From Tagaea sp. (lineage in GTDB: Bacteria > Pseudomonadota > Alphaproteobacteria > CACIAM-22H2), in contig CBDIIB010000005.1 of NCBI GenBank assembly GCA_965279525.1, positions 1,696,001 through 1,760,000 of the forward strand: a stretch of 64,000 nt of DNA, written 5' to 3'. Shown in pieces: positions 39,265 to 49,243 of the stretch. The notes under the pieces are model-generated. The model had not been told where the DNA came from. It did not search any database and saw nothing but the letters and a program-made list of their open reading frames with translations. Position 1 is the stretch's first letter; each line of letters opens with the position of its first letter. The translations under genes were made by a program, and so were the position numbers.

Positions 39265-39420
39265 CCGTTCTCTTCCATCCGGACTGTGACCGTCGGCGCC
39301 GGGATCCCACCGGCTCTGCTGACCCCGTCCGCTTTCGCGGGAACGGGCGCTCGCGGGCTGATGCGCGTCTTCGCGCAATCACCGCCGGTGGGGAATTGCA
39401 CCCCGCCCCGAGAACGCTGC
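39265..39420 (-). ncRNA. FMN riboswitch (RFN element)
   Basis: Minus strand reads GTTCTCGGGGCGGGGTGCAATTCCCCACCGGCGGT...AGCCCGCGAGCG...GTCAGCAGA.CCGGTG...CCGACGGTCACAGTCCGGATGGAAGAGAAC. Confidence 0.95.
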
Positions 39421-39448
39421 CGCCCGGTGTGCCGGGCGACGGGGCGGA

Positions 39449-40498
39449 TTATGGCGGGGAAGGGGGCGTGACGGAAGCCAGTTCCTCGAGCGGCCAGCGC
39501 GGCCGGCAGGCGATGTCGAGCGGCGAGACGAGACCGAGCGCCAGGCGCTCGACGCCCGCCCACGCGATCATCGCCGCGTTGTCCGTGCAAAGGCGGATCG
39601 GCGGGGCGATAAGTGCCAGACCGTGCGCGGCCGCAACCTTGGCAAGGCGCGCGCGCAGTGCCTGGTTGGCGGCCACGCCGCCCGCGACGACAAGGTGTGC
39701 GCCTGCCGGATGCATCGAGGCGAACGCGCGCGCGGCGTTGCCGGTGCGGTCGGCGAGCGAGTCGGCGACCGCCGCCTGGAACGATGCGGCAAGATCGGCG
39801 CGCGCGCGGTCATCGACCACGTCGCCGCGGTCGACGATCTGGCGAACGGCGGTCTTAAGACCTGCGAACGAGAAGTCGCAGCCCGGCCGGCCGGCAAGCG
39901 GGCGCGGCAAATCGAAGCGTTTGGGATTGCCGTCGCGCGCGAGCTTCTCGATCGCGGGACCGCCCGGATAGCCGAGGCCGAGCAGCTTGGCGACCTTGTC
40001 GAACGCCTCGCCGACCGCATCGTCGAGCGTCGTGCCCAGCCGCCGGTATTTCCCCACGCCCTCGACCGCGAGAAGCTGGCAGTGCCCGCCCGACACGAGC
40101 AGCAGCAGGTAGGGGAACGGCACGTCGTCCGACAGGCGCGCGGACAGCGCGTGGCCTTCCAGATGGTTGATCGCCACGAAGGGCAGGCCGCGCGCAAGTG
40201 CGATCGCCTTGGCGAAAGTGGCGCCGACGATCACGCCGCCGATCAGCCCGGGGCCGGTCGTGGCCGCGATGGCATCGATTTGCTTCCAGTCGCACGCGGC
40301 ATCGGCGAGCGTGCCGCGCACCATGTCTTCCAGATGCGCCAGATGCGAGCGTGCGGCGATCTCGGGCACGATGCCCCCGAACGGGGCGTGCTCGCGCGTC
40401 TGCGACAGCACGCGTTCGGCAAGCACGCGCCGGTCGCTGCCGACAAGGGCGGCGGCCGTTTCGTCGCAACTGGTCTCGATGCCGAGGACAAGGCGCAT
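39449..40498 (-). CDS. tsaD: tRNA N6-adenosine threonylcarbamoyltransferase
   Basis: [39 protein letters not shown]. Confidence 0.97.
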   Translation of the reverse strand: MRLVLGIETSCDETAAALVGSDRRVLAERVLSQTREHAPFGGIVPEIAARSHLAHLEDMVRGTLADAACDWKQIDAIAATTGPGLIGGVIVGATFAKAIALARGLPFVAINHLEGHALSARLSDDVPFPYLLLLVSGGHCQLLAVEGVGKYRRLGTTLDDAVGEAFDKVAKLLGLGYPGGPAIEKLARDGNPKRFDLPRPLAGRPGCDFSFAGLKTAVRQIVDRGDVVDDRARADLAASFQAAVADSLADRTGNAARAFASMHPAGAHLVVAGGVAANQALRARLAKVAAAHGLALIAPPIRLCTDNAAMIAWAGVERLALGLVSPLDIACRPRWPLEELASVTPPSPP

Positions 40499-40591
40499 GC
40501 CGGGGGTGTAACGCATCCGGACGATGGCCGAAAGCGCCCTTGCGGCGGCCGGTGCCGGCACGCGATAAAGGATGCCGGAAGAAGGGGTTCG

Positions 40592-41521
40592 ATGACGGGC
40601 ATGTTGCGTATCGGGACACGTGGATCACCGCTTGCGCTGTGGCAGGCGAACGAGACGAAGCGGCTGCTGGTGGCCGCCCATCCGGCACTCGCCGCCGAAG
40701 GCGCGATCGAGATCCGCGTGATCAAGACGACCGGCGACCGCATCCAGGACCGCACGCTCGCCGAAGCGGGCGGCAAGGGCCTGTTCACCAAGGAAATCGA
40801 AGAAGCGATGCTGGCCGACGAGATCGATCTCGCCGTCCATTCGATGAAGGACGTGCCGACCTGGCTGCCCGACGGGCTTGGCATCGTCGCGATCCTCGAG
40901 CGCGAGGACCCGCGCGACGCGCTCATCGCGGGGCCCGGCGTGTCGAAGCTCGACGACCTGCGCAAGGGGGCGGTCGTGGGGACCGCGTCGCTGCGCCGCG
41001 GCGCCCAGCTCCTTGCCCGCCGTCCCGACATCAAGATCGTGCCGCTGCGCGGCAACGTGGAGACGCGCCTTGCCAAGGTCGAGCGCGGCGAGGTCGAGGC
41101 GACGTTTCTTGCCTATGCCGGACTGCGCCGGCTGGGCAAGACCGACGCAGTGCGTGCCGTGCTCGAACCCTCCGAGATGCTGCCGGCGGTGGCGCAAGGC
41201 GCCATCGGCATCGAATGCCGGCTTGCCGACGCGCGCACGCGCGGCTATCTCGCCGCCCTCGACCATGCGCCCTCGGCCATCGCGGTCGCGGCCGAGCGCG
41301 GCCTGCTCGAACGGCTCGACGGCTCGTGCCGCACGCCGATCGGCGCGCTCGCCACGCTGGCACCTGGCGGACGGCTGCGGCTCGATGGCCTTGTCGTGCG
41401 CCCCGATGGCAGCGGACTTCTGACGACCTCGCGCGAGGGTCCCGCCGCCCTCGCCGCCGAGATGGGCCGCGATGCGGGCGACGAGCTCAAGGGCCGTTCC
41501 GGCCCGGGCTATTTCCAGTGA
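40592..41521 (+). CDS. hemC: Hydroxymethylbilane synthase
   Basis: [38 protein letters not shown]. Confidence 0.97.
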   Translation: MTGMLRIGTRGSPLALWQANETKRLLVAAHPALAAEGAIEIRVIKTTGDRIQDRTLAEAGGKGLFTKEIEEAMLADEIDLAVHSMKDVPTWLPDGLGIVAILEREDPRDALIAGPGVSKLDDLRKGAVVGTASLRRGAQLLARRPDIKIVPLRGNVETRLAKVERGEVEATFLAYAGLRRLGKTDAVRAVLEPSEMLPAVAQGAIGIECRLADARTRGYLAALDHAPSAIAVAAERGLLERLDGSCRTPIGALATLAPGGRLRLDGLVVRPDGSGLLTTSREGPAALAAEMGRDAGDELKGRSGPGYFQ

Positions 41522-43323
41522 AGCGGCGGCTGCGCGTCCTCGTCACCCGGCCGCGCGGCGAATCCGAGCTGTTCGCGGTGGCGCTCGCGATGCGCGGCCA
41601 CGACGCGATCCTGGCACCGCTGATCGAGATCGTACCCGTCGAAGGTGCGGCGATCGATCTTGCCGGCGTGCAGGGCGTGCTGTTCACGTCGGCCAACGGC
41701 GTGCGTGCCTTCGCGCATGCGGTTTCCGGGCGCGACCTGCCGGCCTTCTGCGTGGGCGATGCGACGGCGGCGGCAGCGCGCACCGCCGGCTTCGCGCGGG
41801 TGGAAAGTGCGGCCGGCGACGTCGAGACACTGGCAACCCTCGTGCGCGACCGGCTGAAGCCGGCCGACGGCGCGCTCGTCCATGCGGCGGGCACCGTGGT
41901 GGCCGGCGATCTGGGCGGCACGCTCGAGGCGGCGGGGTTCGAGGTCCGCCGGGTCCAGCTCTATCGGGCCGAGACGGCCCAAGAACTGCCCGGCGAAGCG
42001 GCCGACGAGCTGCGCGCAGGCCGGATCGATGTCGTTGCCTTCTTTTCGCCGCGCACGGCGCAGACCTTCGCGCATCTCGTCGAGGCCGCCGGGCTCGGCG
42101 ACACGCTCGAATCCGCTGACGCACTGGCGCTCGCACCGGGTACGCTGGCGCTGCTGCGCGAGGAAGGCTGTGCCTTCCGACGCGCGGTCGCTGCCGACCG
42201 GCCCAACGAGGCGGCCTTACTCGATGCCCTCGACCGTCTTGCGCAGGAGCCAAGCGTGCCGCCCGAACAAGCGCGTCCGAAGTTCGAACTGCCGCCCGCC
42301 GACATGCGAGAGCCCGACATGCCGCCGCCGCGCGCCAAGCCGGCGAAGCAGCCGCCGCGCGCCGGAGCACTCGTGCCGCTGGCGACCGCCCTCGTCGTCG
42401 CGGTGCTCGGCATCCTCGGCTGGGTCTACTGGCAGCACACGCTGACCGGCGGTGCCGAACCCGGCCTGCGCGCGATCGAGCAGCGCCTCGCGGCCGTCGA
42501 CCGGCGCATCGCGCAGATGGAAGCGCGCCCGGCGGCGGCCCCTGCGCCGCGCGTCGATCTGGCTCCACTCGAAGCGCGGCTTGCCGCCGTCGAAGCGCGC
42601 CCACCTTCGGTCGCGGCGGCGCCGCCCGATCTTGGCGACCTGCCGGCAAGGCTCGCGGCACTGGAAGCGCGCCCGACTGCCGATCCGGCCACGCAGGCGG
42701 CACTGGCCGGCCTCATGTCCGAGAACCGTCGGCTCGCCGACGAACTCGCGCGCGTGCAGGCCGAGATCGGCCGCCTGCAGGGCGGCATCGTCGAGCAGTC
42801 GAACGACCGCATCGGCATGCGGCGCGCCGAGCTGCGCCTTGCGGCAACCCAGCTGCGCGATGCGCTGGCGGCCGGCCGCCCGTTCGCGGGCGAACTGGCG
42901 CTGGTGCGCGACATCGCGGGCGAAAGCGTGCCGGCGTCGGACTTCGCGGCACTTGCCCCGCACGCGAAGGACGGCATCGAGACGCGCGCGAGCCTCGTGC
43001 GCCGCTTTCCCGCACTTGCCAATGCCGCCGTCGCGACGGCCCGCGCCGAACAGGTGCAGGGCCCGCTCGGCGAACTGATCGAGCGCGCGCAGGGCTTCCT
43101 GTCGATCCGCCGGATCGGCGACGTGCCGGGCGATTCGCCGGCGGCCCGCCTGGCGCGCGCCGAAACGCGGCTCGCCGCCGACGATCTGGCAGGTGCGCTC
43201 GGCGAGCTCGAAGGCATCCAGGGCTCCGCGTGGGCGGCGCCCGTGCTGCCGTGGATCGAAACGGCGCGCCGCCGGCTGGCGGCCGAGCGCGCGGCGGCGG
43301 CCCTTGCCGTCGCCGGCGGCTAG
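41518..43323 (+). CDS. hemD: Uroporphyrinogen-III synthase fused to a COG4223/mitofilin (alphaMic60-like) domain
   Basis: VLVTRP, FTSANGV, CVGDATA, FFSPRTA, then Pro-rich linker, TM, coiled coil and C-terminal ARAETRL..DDLAGAL..W motif; no internal stop. Confidence 0.87.
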   Translation: MKRRLRVLVTRPRGESELFAVALAMRGHDAILAPLIEIVPVEGAAIDLAGVQGVLFTSANGVRAFAHAVSGRDLPAFCVGDATAAAARTAGFARVESAAGDVETLATLVRDRLKPADGALVHAAGTVVAGDLGGTLEAAGFEVRRVQLYRAETAQELPGEAADELRAGRIDVVAFFSPRTAQTFAHLVEAAGLGDTLESADALALAPGTLALLREEGCAFRRAVAADRPNEAALLDALDRLAQEPSVPPEQARPKFELPPADMREPDMPPPRAKPAKQPPRAGALVPLATALVVAVLGILGWVYWQHTLTGGAEPGLRAIEQRLAAVDRRIAQMEARPAAAPAPRVDLAPLEARLAAVEARPPSVAAAPPDLGDLPARLAALEARPTADPATQAALAGLMSENRRLADELARVQAEIGRLQGGIVEQSNDRIGMRRAELRLAATQLRDALAAGRPFAGELALVRDIAGESVPASDFAALAPHAKDGIETRASLVRRFPALANAAVATARAEQVQGPLGELIERAQGFLSIRRIGDVPGDSPAARLARAETRLAADDLAGALGELEGIQGSAWAAPVLPWIETARRRLAAERAAAALAVAGG

Positions 43324-43330
43324 ACCCGCC

Positions 43331-44674
43331 ATGCGCCGGATCGTCGGCATCCTCGTCTTCGCCGCCCTGGCGATGCTGCTGGTCGCGTGGCTGGCCGAAG
43401 CGCCGGGCAGGGCGACGCTCGAATTCTCGGGCTGGCGCGTCGACACGTCGGCGGGCGGGCTCGCGATCGTCGGTCTTGCGGTGGCGCTCCTGCTCGTGCT
43501 CGCCGACCGGCTGTGGCGCTATCTTGCCGGCACGCCGCGCCGCTTCGTCGCGTGGCGCAAGGCGCGGCGCGAGAAGCGCGGGCTTACCGCCCTCACGCGC
43601 GGACTCGTCGCGGTCGCCGCGGGCGATGCGGCCGAAGCACGCCGGCAGGCGAAGCTTGCCGACAGGGCGCTGGGTGCCCCGCCGCTGACGCTGCTCTTGT
43701 CGGCGCAGGCCGCCCAGCTTGCCGGCGACGAGCCGGCCGCGCGCGGCTATCTGGAGGCGATGCGCGCCTCGCCGGAGACCGAGTTCGTGGCGCTGCGCGG
43801 CCTGGTCGCCAGCGCCATGCGCGAGGGCGACAACGCGCGCGCGCTCGCCCTTGCGCGGCGTGCGCGCGAACTGAAGCCGGCGGCACCGTGGGTGACCGCC
43901 TCGCTCGTCGATCTCGAGACCAAGGGCGGGGACTGGGCGGCGGCGGCCGAAACGCTCGCGCGCGCGCGCAAGGCAAAGCTGCTCCCCGCCGGCCAGGCCG
44001 ACGCGAACGGGGCGGCCGCGTTGCACGAACGCGCCCGCACGCTCGAAGCCGAGGGCGAGCTCAAGGCCGCCATCGCGGTAGCCGAGCGCGCGCTGCGCCT
44101 TGCCCCCGACCGGCCGGAGATCGCCGCGACGCTGTCGGCGTTCTATGCGCGCGACGGCCGCGCGCGCGCGGCGGGCGCCCTCGTCGAGAAGGAATGGACG
44201 CGCCATCCGCACCCCGAGCTCTATGCCGCCTATCGTGTCGCGAAGCCGGCGGAAAGCGCGCTGGCGTGGGTCAAGCAGGCGGAGCGGCTGGCGAAGCTGG
44301 CGCCTTCGCACCGGGAAAGCCACGCGGCCCTTGCAGACGCGGCCCTTGCCGCCGAGCTGTGGGGCGAGGCGCGCCGGCATGCGGACGCGGCGATCAAGGC
44401 GTCGGGTGGTGAAGCCAGTGCGGGGCTGTGCCGCTTGATGGCGCGCATCGCGCAGAGCCAGGGCGACGATCTTGATTCTGCCCGCGCGTGGCTGGCGCGG
44501 GCCGCCGAAGCACCGCCCGATCCCGCCTGGACGTGCCGGACCTGCGGCCAGCCGCATGCGCATTGGCAGGCGCTGTGCGGTGCATGCGGTGCGTTCGACA
44601 GGCTCGAATGGCGGCCGCCGGCGCGCGTGGCCGCCCCGCTCACGGCGATCGAGGCGATGCCGCCTTCGGTCTAG
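43331..44674 (+). CDS. hemY: HemY-like membrane TPR protein (Orf52 type) with a C-terminal Cys4 motif
   Basis: Two TMs, LLLSAQAAQ, PHPEL, WTCRTCG..W...CGACG. Confidence 0.87.
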   Translation: MRRIVGILVFAALAMLLVAWLAEAPGRATLEFSGWRVDTSAGGLAIVGLAVALLLVLADRLWRYLAGTPRRFVAWRKARREKRGLTALTRGLVAVAAGDAAEARRQAKLADRALGAPPLTLLLSAQAAQLAGDEPAARGYLEAMRASPETEFVALRGLVASAMREGDNARALALARRARELKPAAPWVTASLVDLETKGGDWAAAAETLARARKAKLLPAGQADANGAAALHERARTLEAEGELKAAIAVAERALRLAPDRPEIAATLSAFYARDGRARAAGALVEKEWTRHPHPELYAAYRVAKPAESALAWVKQAERLAKLAPSHRESHAALADAALAAELWGEARRHADAAIKASGGEASAGLCRLMARIAQSQGDDLDSARAWLARAAEAPPDPAWTCRTCGQPHAHWQALCGACGAFDRLEWRPPARVAAPLTAIEAMPPSV

Positions 44675-46101
44675 CCCTTGCTTTCGGCGATCTTCTCGTC
44701 GATCAGGTTGAGACCCTCGACGAGGGTCTTCTCGGCCTTTTCCGCCCCCACGACCAGTTCGAGCATGCGCACGCTCGAATAGAGGTCGGCTTCGGTCGCC
44801 TCGCGGTTTTCCGGCAGCAGACCGCGCGAGCGCAGGTCGAAGAAGAGCTTGCCGGTGTGGCCGTCGATATGGCCCTCGACGCGCTTCAGCTCGTCCTTCA
44901 GTTCCTGCGACAGGCCGATCTCGCCGGCGAACTTGGCAGCGAGCTGCAGGGCGAGCAGGCGGTCCTCGACCTGCTGCATCTCGGTGATGTCGCCTTCGCC
45001 CGTCGCCATCGGCGCCAGACGCTTCAAGTCGGCGAGCACGGCGGCGATCTCCTTGCCGGCGTTCTCGATGACGTTGGAGTTGATCATGTCCTTGAGCTTG
45101 ACGCGCACGCGGTCGAGACGGCGCGCGGCGGCGGCGCCCGACGTGCCCTTGAGCAGTTCCTTGCCCTTCTGGATGCCTTCCAGATGGTGGCCGATCTCGC
45201 GCGCGAGATCCTCGCGCACGGTGATCTTGCCGTCGTTCGAGCCCGAGGCGATCTGGCGGCGCACTTCCTCGAAGCGCTGCTCCATGTCGGTGACCATCAC
45301 CTCGGTCGTGATCGAGGCGAGCTCGCCGGTCGACCCGGCCATGCCGCGCTCGGCGACGCGCACGAAGATCGACAGGATCTCGGTCGGCTGGTCGAGGCGC
45401 GCCACGAGCGCGTAGACGACGACCGGTGCGCGGATCTTCATCTTCTCGTCGACGGCCATGACGGTCTGGCCGATCGCGCCGATGTCCTCCTCGCCCAGCG
45501 CCACGATGGGCTTGGGCGGCAGGTTGTCGCGCATCGTCTGGATCTCGACGCCGATCTCCAGCACGTCGCAGACGTCCTGCAGGTCGAGCCACATCTCCGG
45601 CCCGCCGAGCTTGGGCACGATCTCGGCGCGGTAGCCGACGTTCTTCTCGCCGCGCGTGATGATGTCGCGCAGTGCGCGCGCGCATTGCGGCCACAGCCGT
45701 TCGCCCAGCCCCAGCCAGCTCGCATGCGCGCGGCCGACATTCTTGATCTCGTTCTCGATCTGCTCGACCTCGGTGCGGCCGAGCTTGTCGACCATCAGGT
45801 CCCATGCCGGATTGATGACGGCGCGCGCGATCTTGCCGATGATCTTGGGCTGCGTGGGCGGCGCGTTGGTCAGCATGTCCTCGAACGGCAGCGCGAACAG
45901 CCGCTTGGCGGTCATGCGCCGCACCGGGCGGACGAGCTGCAGGCGCGGGCGGAACTGGCCCAGCAGCGTCACGGCCGTGCTGTCGGTGTGGTTGCCCGCG
46001 CGCTTGCCCTCGAGGCTCCAGACGAGCTCGACGAGCGTCGCTTCGGGGATCTGCGACAGGCGCTGGGAAAGATCGCCGAGGGATTTTCCGACGTCGGTCA
46101 T
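44671..46101 (-). CDS. Unknown helical protein (476 aa)
   Basis: ATGA-coupled to the upstream ORF; host-like codon use; RP.R...KRLFALPFEDML. Confidence 0.85.
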   Translation of the reverse strand: MTDVGKSLGDLSQRLSQIPEATLVELVWSLEGKRAGNHTDSTAVTLLGQFRPRLQLVRPVRRMTAKRLFALPFEDMLTNAPPTQPKIIGKIARAVINPAWDLMVDKLGRTEVEQIENEIKNVGRAHASWLGLGERLWPQCARALRDIITRGEKNVGYRAEIVPKLGGPEMWLDLQDVCDVLEIGVEIQTMRDNLPPKPIVALGEEDIGAIGQTVMAVDEKMKIRAPVVVYALVARLDQPTEILSIFVRVAERGMAGSTGELASITTEVMVTDMEQRFEEVRRQIASGSNDGKITVREDLAREIGHHLEGIQKGKELLKGTSGAAAARRLDRVRVKLKDMINSNVIENAGKEIAAVLADLKRLAPMATGEGDITEMQQVEDRLLALQLAAKFAGEIGLSQELKDELKRVEGHIDGHTGKLFFDLRSRGLLPENREATEADLYSSVRMLELVVGAEKAEKTLVEGLNLIDEKIAESKG

Positions 46102-47207
46102 GCGGCCTTCGCCTTGTAGCGTTCGAGGCGCGTGCGCAGGTCGGCGTCGATCGAGCCGGAGACCCAGTCTTCCATCGGCTTCACGAGCTTGCGCCGCTGC
46201 ACGCCGATGTCGCGCAGCTTGTCGCGGCGCACGCCGGTGACCTCTTCCTCGGGCACGATGGGCACGATGCGCGCGAGTTCCTGCACGGTCGCCTGCTGGT
46301 CGAAGGCGGGCTTCAGCACCGCGTCTTCCCACATCGCGACGAGCAGGTCCCAGCCGTCGAGCATCCAGGCGATGCGGCTGACGGCGAGGGAAAGCTCGGC
46401 GCGCGACTTTTCCCAGTTGAGGATCGTCTGGTCGATCTTCTCGAGATGCCCGTCGATGACGGCGAAATGCTCGCTGGCCAGCGCCGCCGTCTCGCGCGCG
46501 ACGAGGCTGGCGAGCGCGCCCAGCGGGCTCGCTTCGGACCTGTCGACCTCCGACCAGCTGCCGATCGAGTTGGCGAATTCCTCGATGCGCGTGCGCATGC
46601 GCCTCAGGCGCGGCGGGCGCGGCAGCTTGGGCGAGCCGACCGGGCCGATCAGGTCCGACCATTCCTCGAGCTGCGCATAGAGCTCGTTGCCCTCGAGCTT
46701 CACCTTGTGCGCGACGCGCGCGAGGATGAGCTTGGCCTGCTGGCGGCCGGTCTCGCTCTGCACGTGCGCGAGCGTGATCTGCAGCTCGCCGCCGGAGAGC
46801 TGCCCCACGGTCTGCGAGAGCAGCGAGAAATTGATCAGGAGCTTGAAGTCCTCCTCGTCCTTCAGCATCGCCTTGGCCTGCTTGGCGGCGGCGGGGCCGG
46901 CGAGGCCGGTGGAGGCGGTCTTGAGCGTGGCGCGGCGGACGGCTTCGGGCGTCGAGGCGAGGGCTTCGCCGACGGCGCGATGCAGGACCCGGTCATGGAC
47001 CGTCAGCGTGAACACGTCAGGAAGGTTCTTCCACTGCAGGATATAGTTGCCCTTGGCGCCCGAGGGGTTGGGTACCACCAGTTCGAGACTTTCGTGCCGG
47101 CCGCGTACGCGCGCCCCGACGATGATCGGCGTCGTGAACGGCACCGATGCCCCGCGCTCCGCGAACGACGGAGGCGCCCAGAAAGACTTCGATACCGCCC
47201 CGTCCAT
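46098..47207 (-). CDS. Unknown protein, probable remote homologue of the 5277-8456 paralogues
   Basis: GAGG RBS then ATG at 47207; manual alignment given in the findings. Confidence 0.85.
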   Translation of the reverse strand: MDGAVSKSFWAPPSFAERGASVPFTTPIIVGARVRGRHESLELVVPNPSGAKGNYILQWKNLPDVFTLTVHDRVLHRAVGEALASTPEAVRRATLKTASTGLAGPAAAKQAKAMLKDEEDFKLLINFSLLSQTVGQLSGGELQITLAHVQSETGRQQAKLILARVAHKVKLEGNELYAQLEEWSDLIGPVGSPKLPRPPRLRRMRTRIEEFANSIGSWSEVDRSEASPLGALASLVARETAALASEHFAVIDGHLEKIDQTILNWEKSRAELSLAVSRIAWMLDGWDLLVAMWEDAVLKPAFDQQATVQELARIVPIVPEEEVTGVRRDKLRDIGVQRRKLVKPMEDWVSGSIDADLRTRLERYKAKAA

Positions 47208-47378
47208 TCCTCGCCTAAAATCCGCTCCGGCTTGCCGATTTGCTCTACGACCCGCGTTTTCCCACAAGACCTTAGCAGAAGGCAATCGGGCCAAGCCAGA
47301 GATAGACATTTCCGCCCCGGCAATGGCACCGGACTGGTGCGATCTCAAGTACAGGCGCGATTCGGAGAGGCCCCGGCC

Positions 47379-47819
47379 ATGAGCGATTTCGACCCCGCCC
47401 GGGAGCGCCCGGCCGTGCTTTTCGCCAACGAGGCGTTCTACCGGGCCTTCGCCGACCGCGATTTCGCGGCGATGTCGGAGCTGTGGGCGCACGACCTGCC
47501 GACGGTCTGCATACATCCGGGCTGGCCGGCGCTGGCCGGGCGGACAAGCGTGCTGGCAAGCTGGGAACGCATTCTTGGCGGCCAGCCACCCAAGATCGTC
47601 TGCCATCTGCCGGAGGTCCATTTCGTCGACCGGACGGCGCTGGTCGTCTGCTACGAGGCGATGAAGGACGACTGGCTGGTCGCGACCAACGGCTTTTCGC
47701 GGGCGGCCGACGGGCGCTGGCGGATGGTCTTCCACCAGGCCGGCCCGACGCCGCCGATGCGCGCCGAGGTCGAGATGCGCGCCGGCGAAGACGGCCCCGA
47801 TACCAAGCTGCCGAACTAG
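47379..47819 (+). CDS. SnoaL/NTF2-like protein
   Basis: ANEAFYRAF..RD...M..LW, CIHPGW, ATN.F, WRMVFHQAGP. Confidence 0.87.
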   Translation: MSDFDPARERPAVLFANEAFYRAFADRDFAAMSELWAHDLPTVCIHPGWPALAGRTSVLASWERILGGQPPKIVCHLPEVHFVDRTALVVCYEAMKDDWLVATNGFSRAADGRWRMVFHQAGPTPPMRAEVEMRAGEDGPDTKLPN

Positions 47820-48181
47820 CGCCGCCCGAACGAAGCGGCGAACAGGGCGGCCCAGCCGAGCAGGAAGGCGATGCCGCCGGCCGGCACCAGCGGGCCGAGC
47901 GCGATGTCGAGGAACACGCGCGCATAGAGCCCGCCGCTGAACGCGACGCACCCCGCCGCGAAGAACAGCCCGGCAAAGCCCAGGCGCAGCGTGCCGCGCC
48001 GTTCGCCCAATGCCTCGACGCCGACAAGGGCGAGCGCATGCAGGCACTGGTAGAGCGAGGCGGTGCGCACGAGCGCGATCTGGGACTCGTCGAGCGTGGC
48101 CGCGAGGGCGTGTGCCGCCGCCGCCCCCATCGCCACGCCGATCAGCCCGTTGAGGGCGCCAAGCGCCAACCAGATCCGCAT
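47816..48181 (-). CDS. DUF423 family membrane protein
   Basis: GAAAAH, YQCLHALAL, FSGGLY, P.GG..FLLGW. Confidence 0.87.
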   Translation of the reverse strand: MRIWLALGALNGLIGVAMGAAAAHALAATLDESQIALVRTASLYQCLHALALVGVEALGERRGTLRLGFAGLFFAAGCVAFSGGLYARVFLDIALGPLVPAGGIAFLLGWAALFAASFGRR

Positions 48182-48261
48182 GGGATCAGTTTTGCACTAA
48201 TGTTGCGAGGCGCGAAAGTGCGAGTCGCGAAAACAGGATCTGGAAAATGGAGCGGGCACCA

Positions 48262-49032
48262 ATGGACGACGGACTTCAGGGCAGGACGGCGCTGGTGACG
48301 GGGGCCTCGCGCGGCATCGGGCTGGCGATCGCGAGCCGGCTGGTCTCGGCCGGCATGAACGTGACGCTGGTGGCCCGCTCGGCCGACGCACTTGCCGAAC
48401 ACGCGAAACGCCTGCCCGGCACGCTCGCCCACGGCGCCGACCTGCGCGAGCCTGGGGCGGCGGCGGCCGCGATCGCCGCGACGGTGGCGAAGTTCGGAGC
48501 ACTCCACCTGCTGGTGAACAACGCAGGGGCGACGAAGCGCGGGCCCTTCGCCGAACTCACCGACGCCGATTTCCATGACGGCTTCGCGCTCAAGTTCCAC
48601 GGCAGCGTGCGGCTGACGCGCGCGGCCTGGCCGCACCTGAAAGCGTCGGGCGGCGCGATCGTCAACATCATTGGCGGTGGCGGCAAGACCGCGTCGCCCG
48701 ACTTCACGATCGGCGGCTCGGTCAACGCCGCCCTCTTCAACTTCACGAAGGCGACGGCACAGCTGGGCCTTGTCGACGGCGTGCGCGTCAACGCGGTCAA
48801 CCCCGGCCATATCGAGACCGGCCGGCTGACCGGACGGCTCGAGGCGGCGGCGAAGGAAGCGGGAGTCGGAATCGACGAAGCCCGCCGCCGCTCGCTCGTG
48901 GACCTGAAGCTGCCGCGCTTCGGCGACCCGTCGGAAATCGCCGAGGTCGTCGCGTTCCTCGCCGGCAAGCGCGCCAGCTACATGCAGGGCGCCATCGTCG
49001 AGGTCGACATGGGCCAGACGCGCGCGATCTAG
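48262..49032 (+). CDS. SDR family oxidoreductase
   Basis: TGASRGIG, LVNNAG, VRVNAVNPG; canonical YxxxK not evident. Confidence 0.9.
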   Translation: MDDGLQGRTALVTGASRGIGLAIASRLVSAGMNVTLVARSADALAEHAKRLPGTLAHGADLREPGAAAAAIAATVAKFGALHLLVNNAGATKRGPFAELTDADFHDGFALKFHGSVRLTRAAWPHLKASGGAIVNIIGGGGKTASPDFTIGGSVNAALFNFTKATAQLGLVDGVRVNAVNPGHIETGRLTGRLEAAAKEAGVGIDEARRRSLVDLKLPRFGDPSEIAEVVAFLAGKRASYMQGAIVEVDMGQTRAI

Positions 49033-49057
49033 GGGCCGGCGGGACCGCAAATCATCA

Positions 49058-49096
49058 GGTTACGACCTGTTACCGTAACCAGTTTATCCCCTTGAA
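49058..49096 (-). repeat. 39-bp dispersed element, copy B (inverted relative to A)
   Basis: Reverse complement is TTCAAGGGGATAAACTGGTTACGGTAACAGGTCGTAACC. Confidence 0.8.
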
Positions 49097-49183
49097 GTTA
49101 TTACGATGTTACTGCAACGCGCGTCCGTGCAACCGGATTTTCGCGGCACAGCGGGGCGCCGGAAGCGGGGGGTGGATATTCAC

Positions 49184-49243
49184 TTGTCAAAGAGCACGGC
49201 GGACCAGTGGCGTAGCATGCCGAAAACCCCCTCCGGTTGTCAA
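49184..49243 (-). promoter_or_regulatory. Sigma70-like promoter followed by a boxA-like element
   Basis: Minus strand TTGACA(49243-49238)-N18-CATGCT(49219-49214), then TGCTCTTTGACAA (49196-49184). Confidence 0.6.

Noticed and set aside
40198-41517. Apparent 1041-aa protein spanning hemC and hemD
   Set aside because: hemC is in a different frame. The real ORF starts at GTG 41518, overlapping the hemC stop.
47260-47290. CtrA box upstream of the fourth paralogue
   Set aside because: Only a single degenerate half-site is present, too weak to call.
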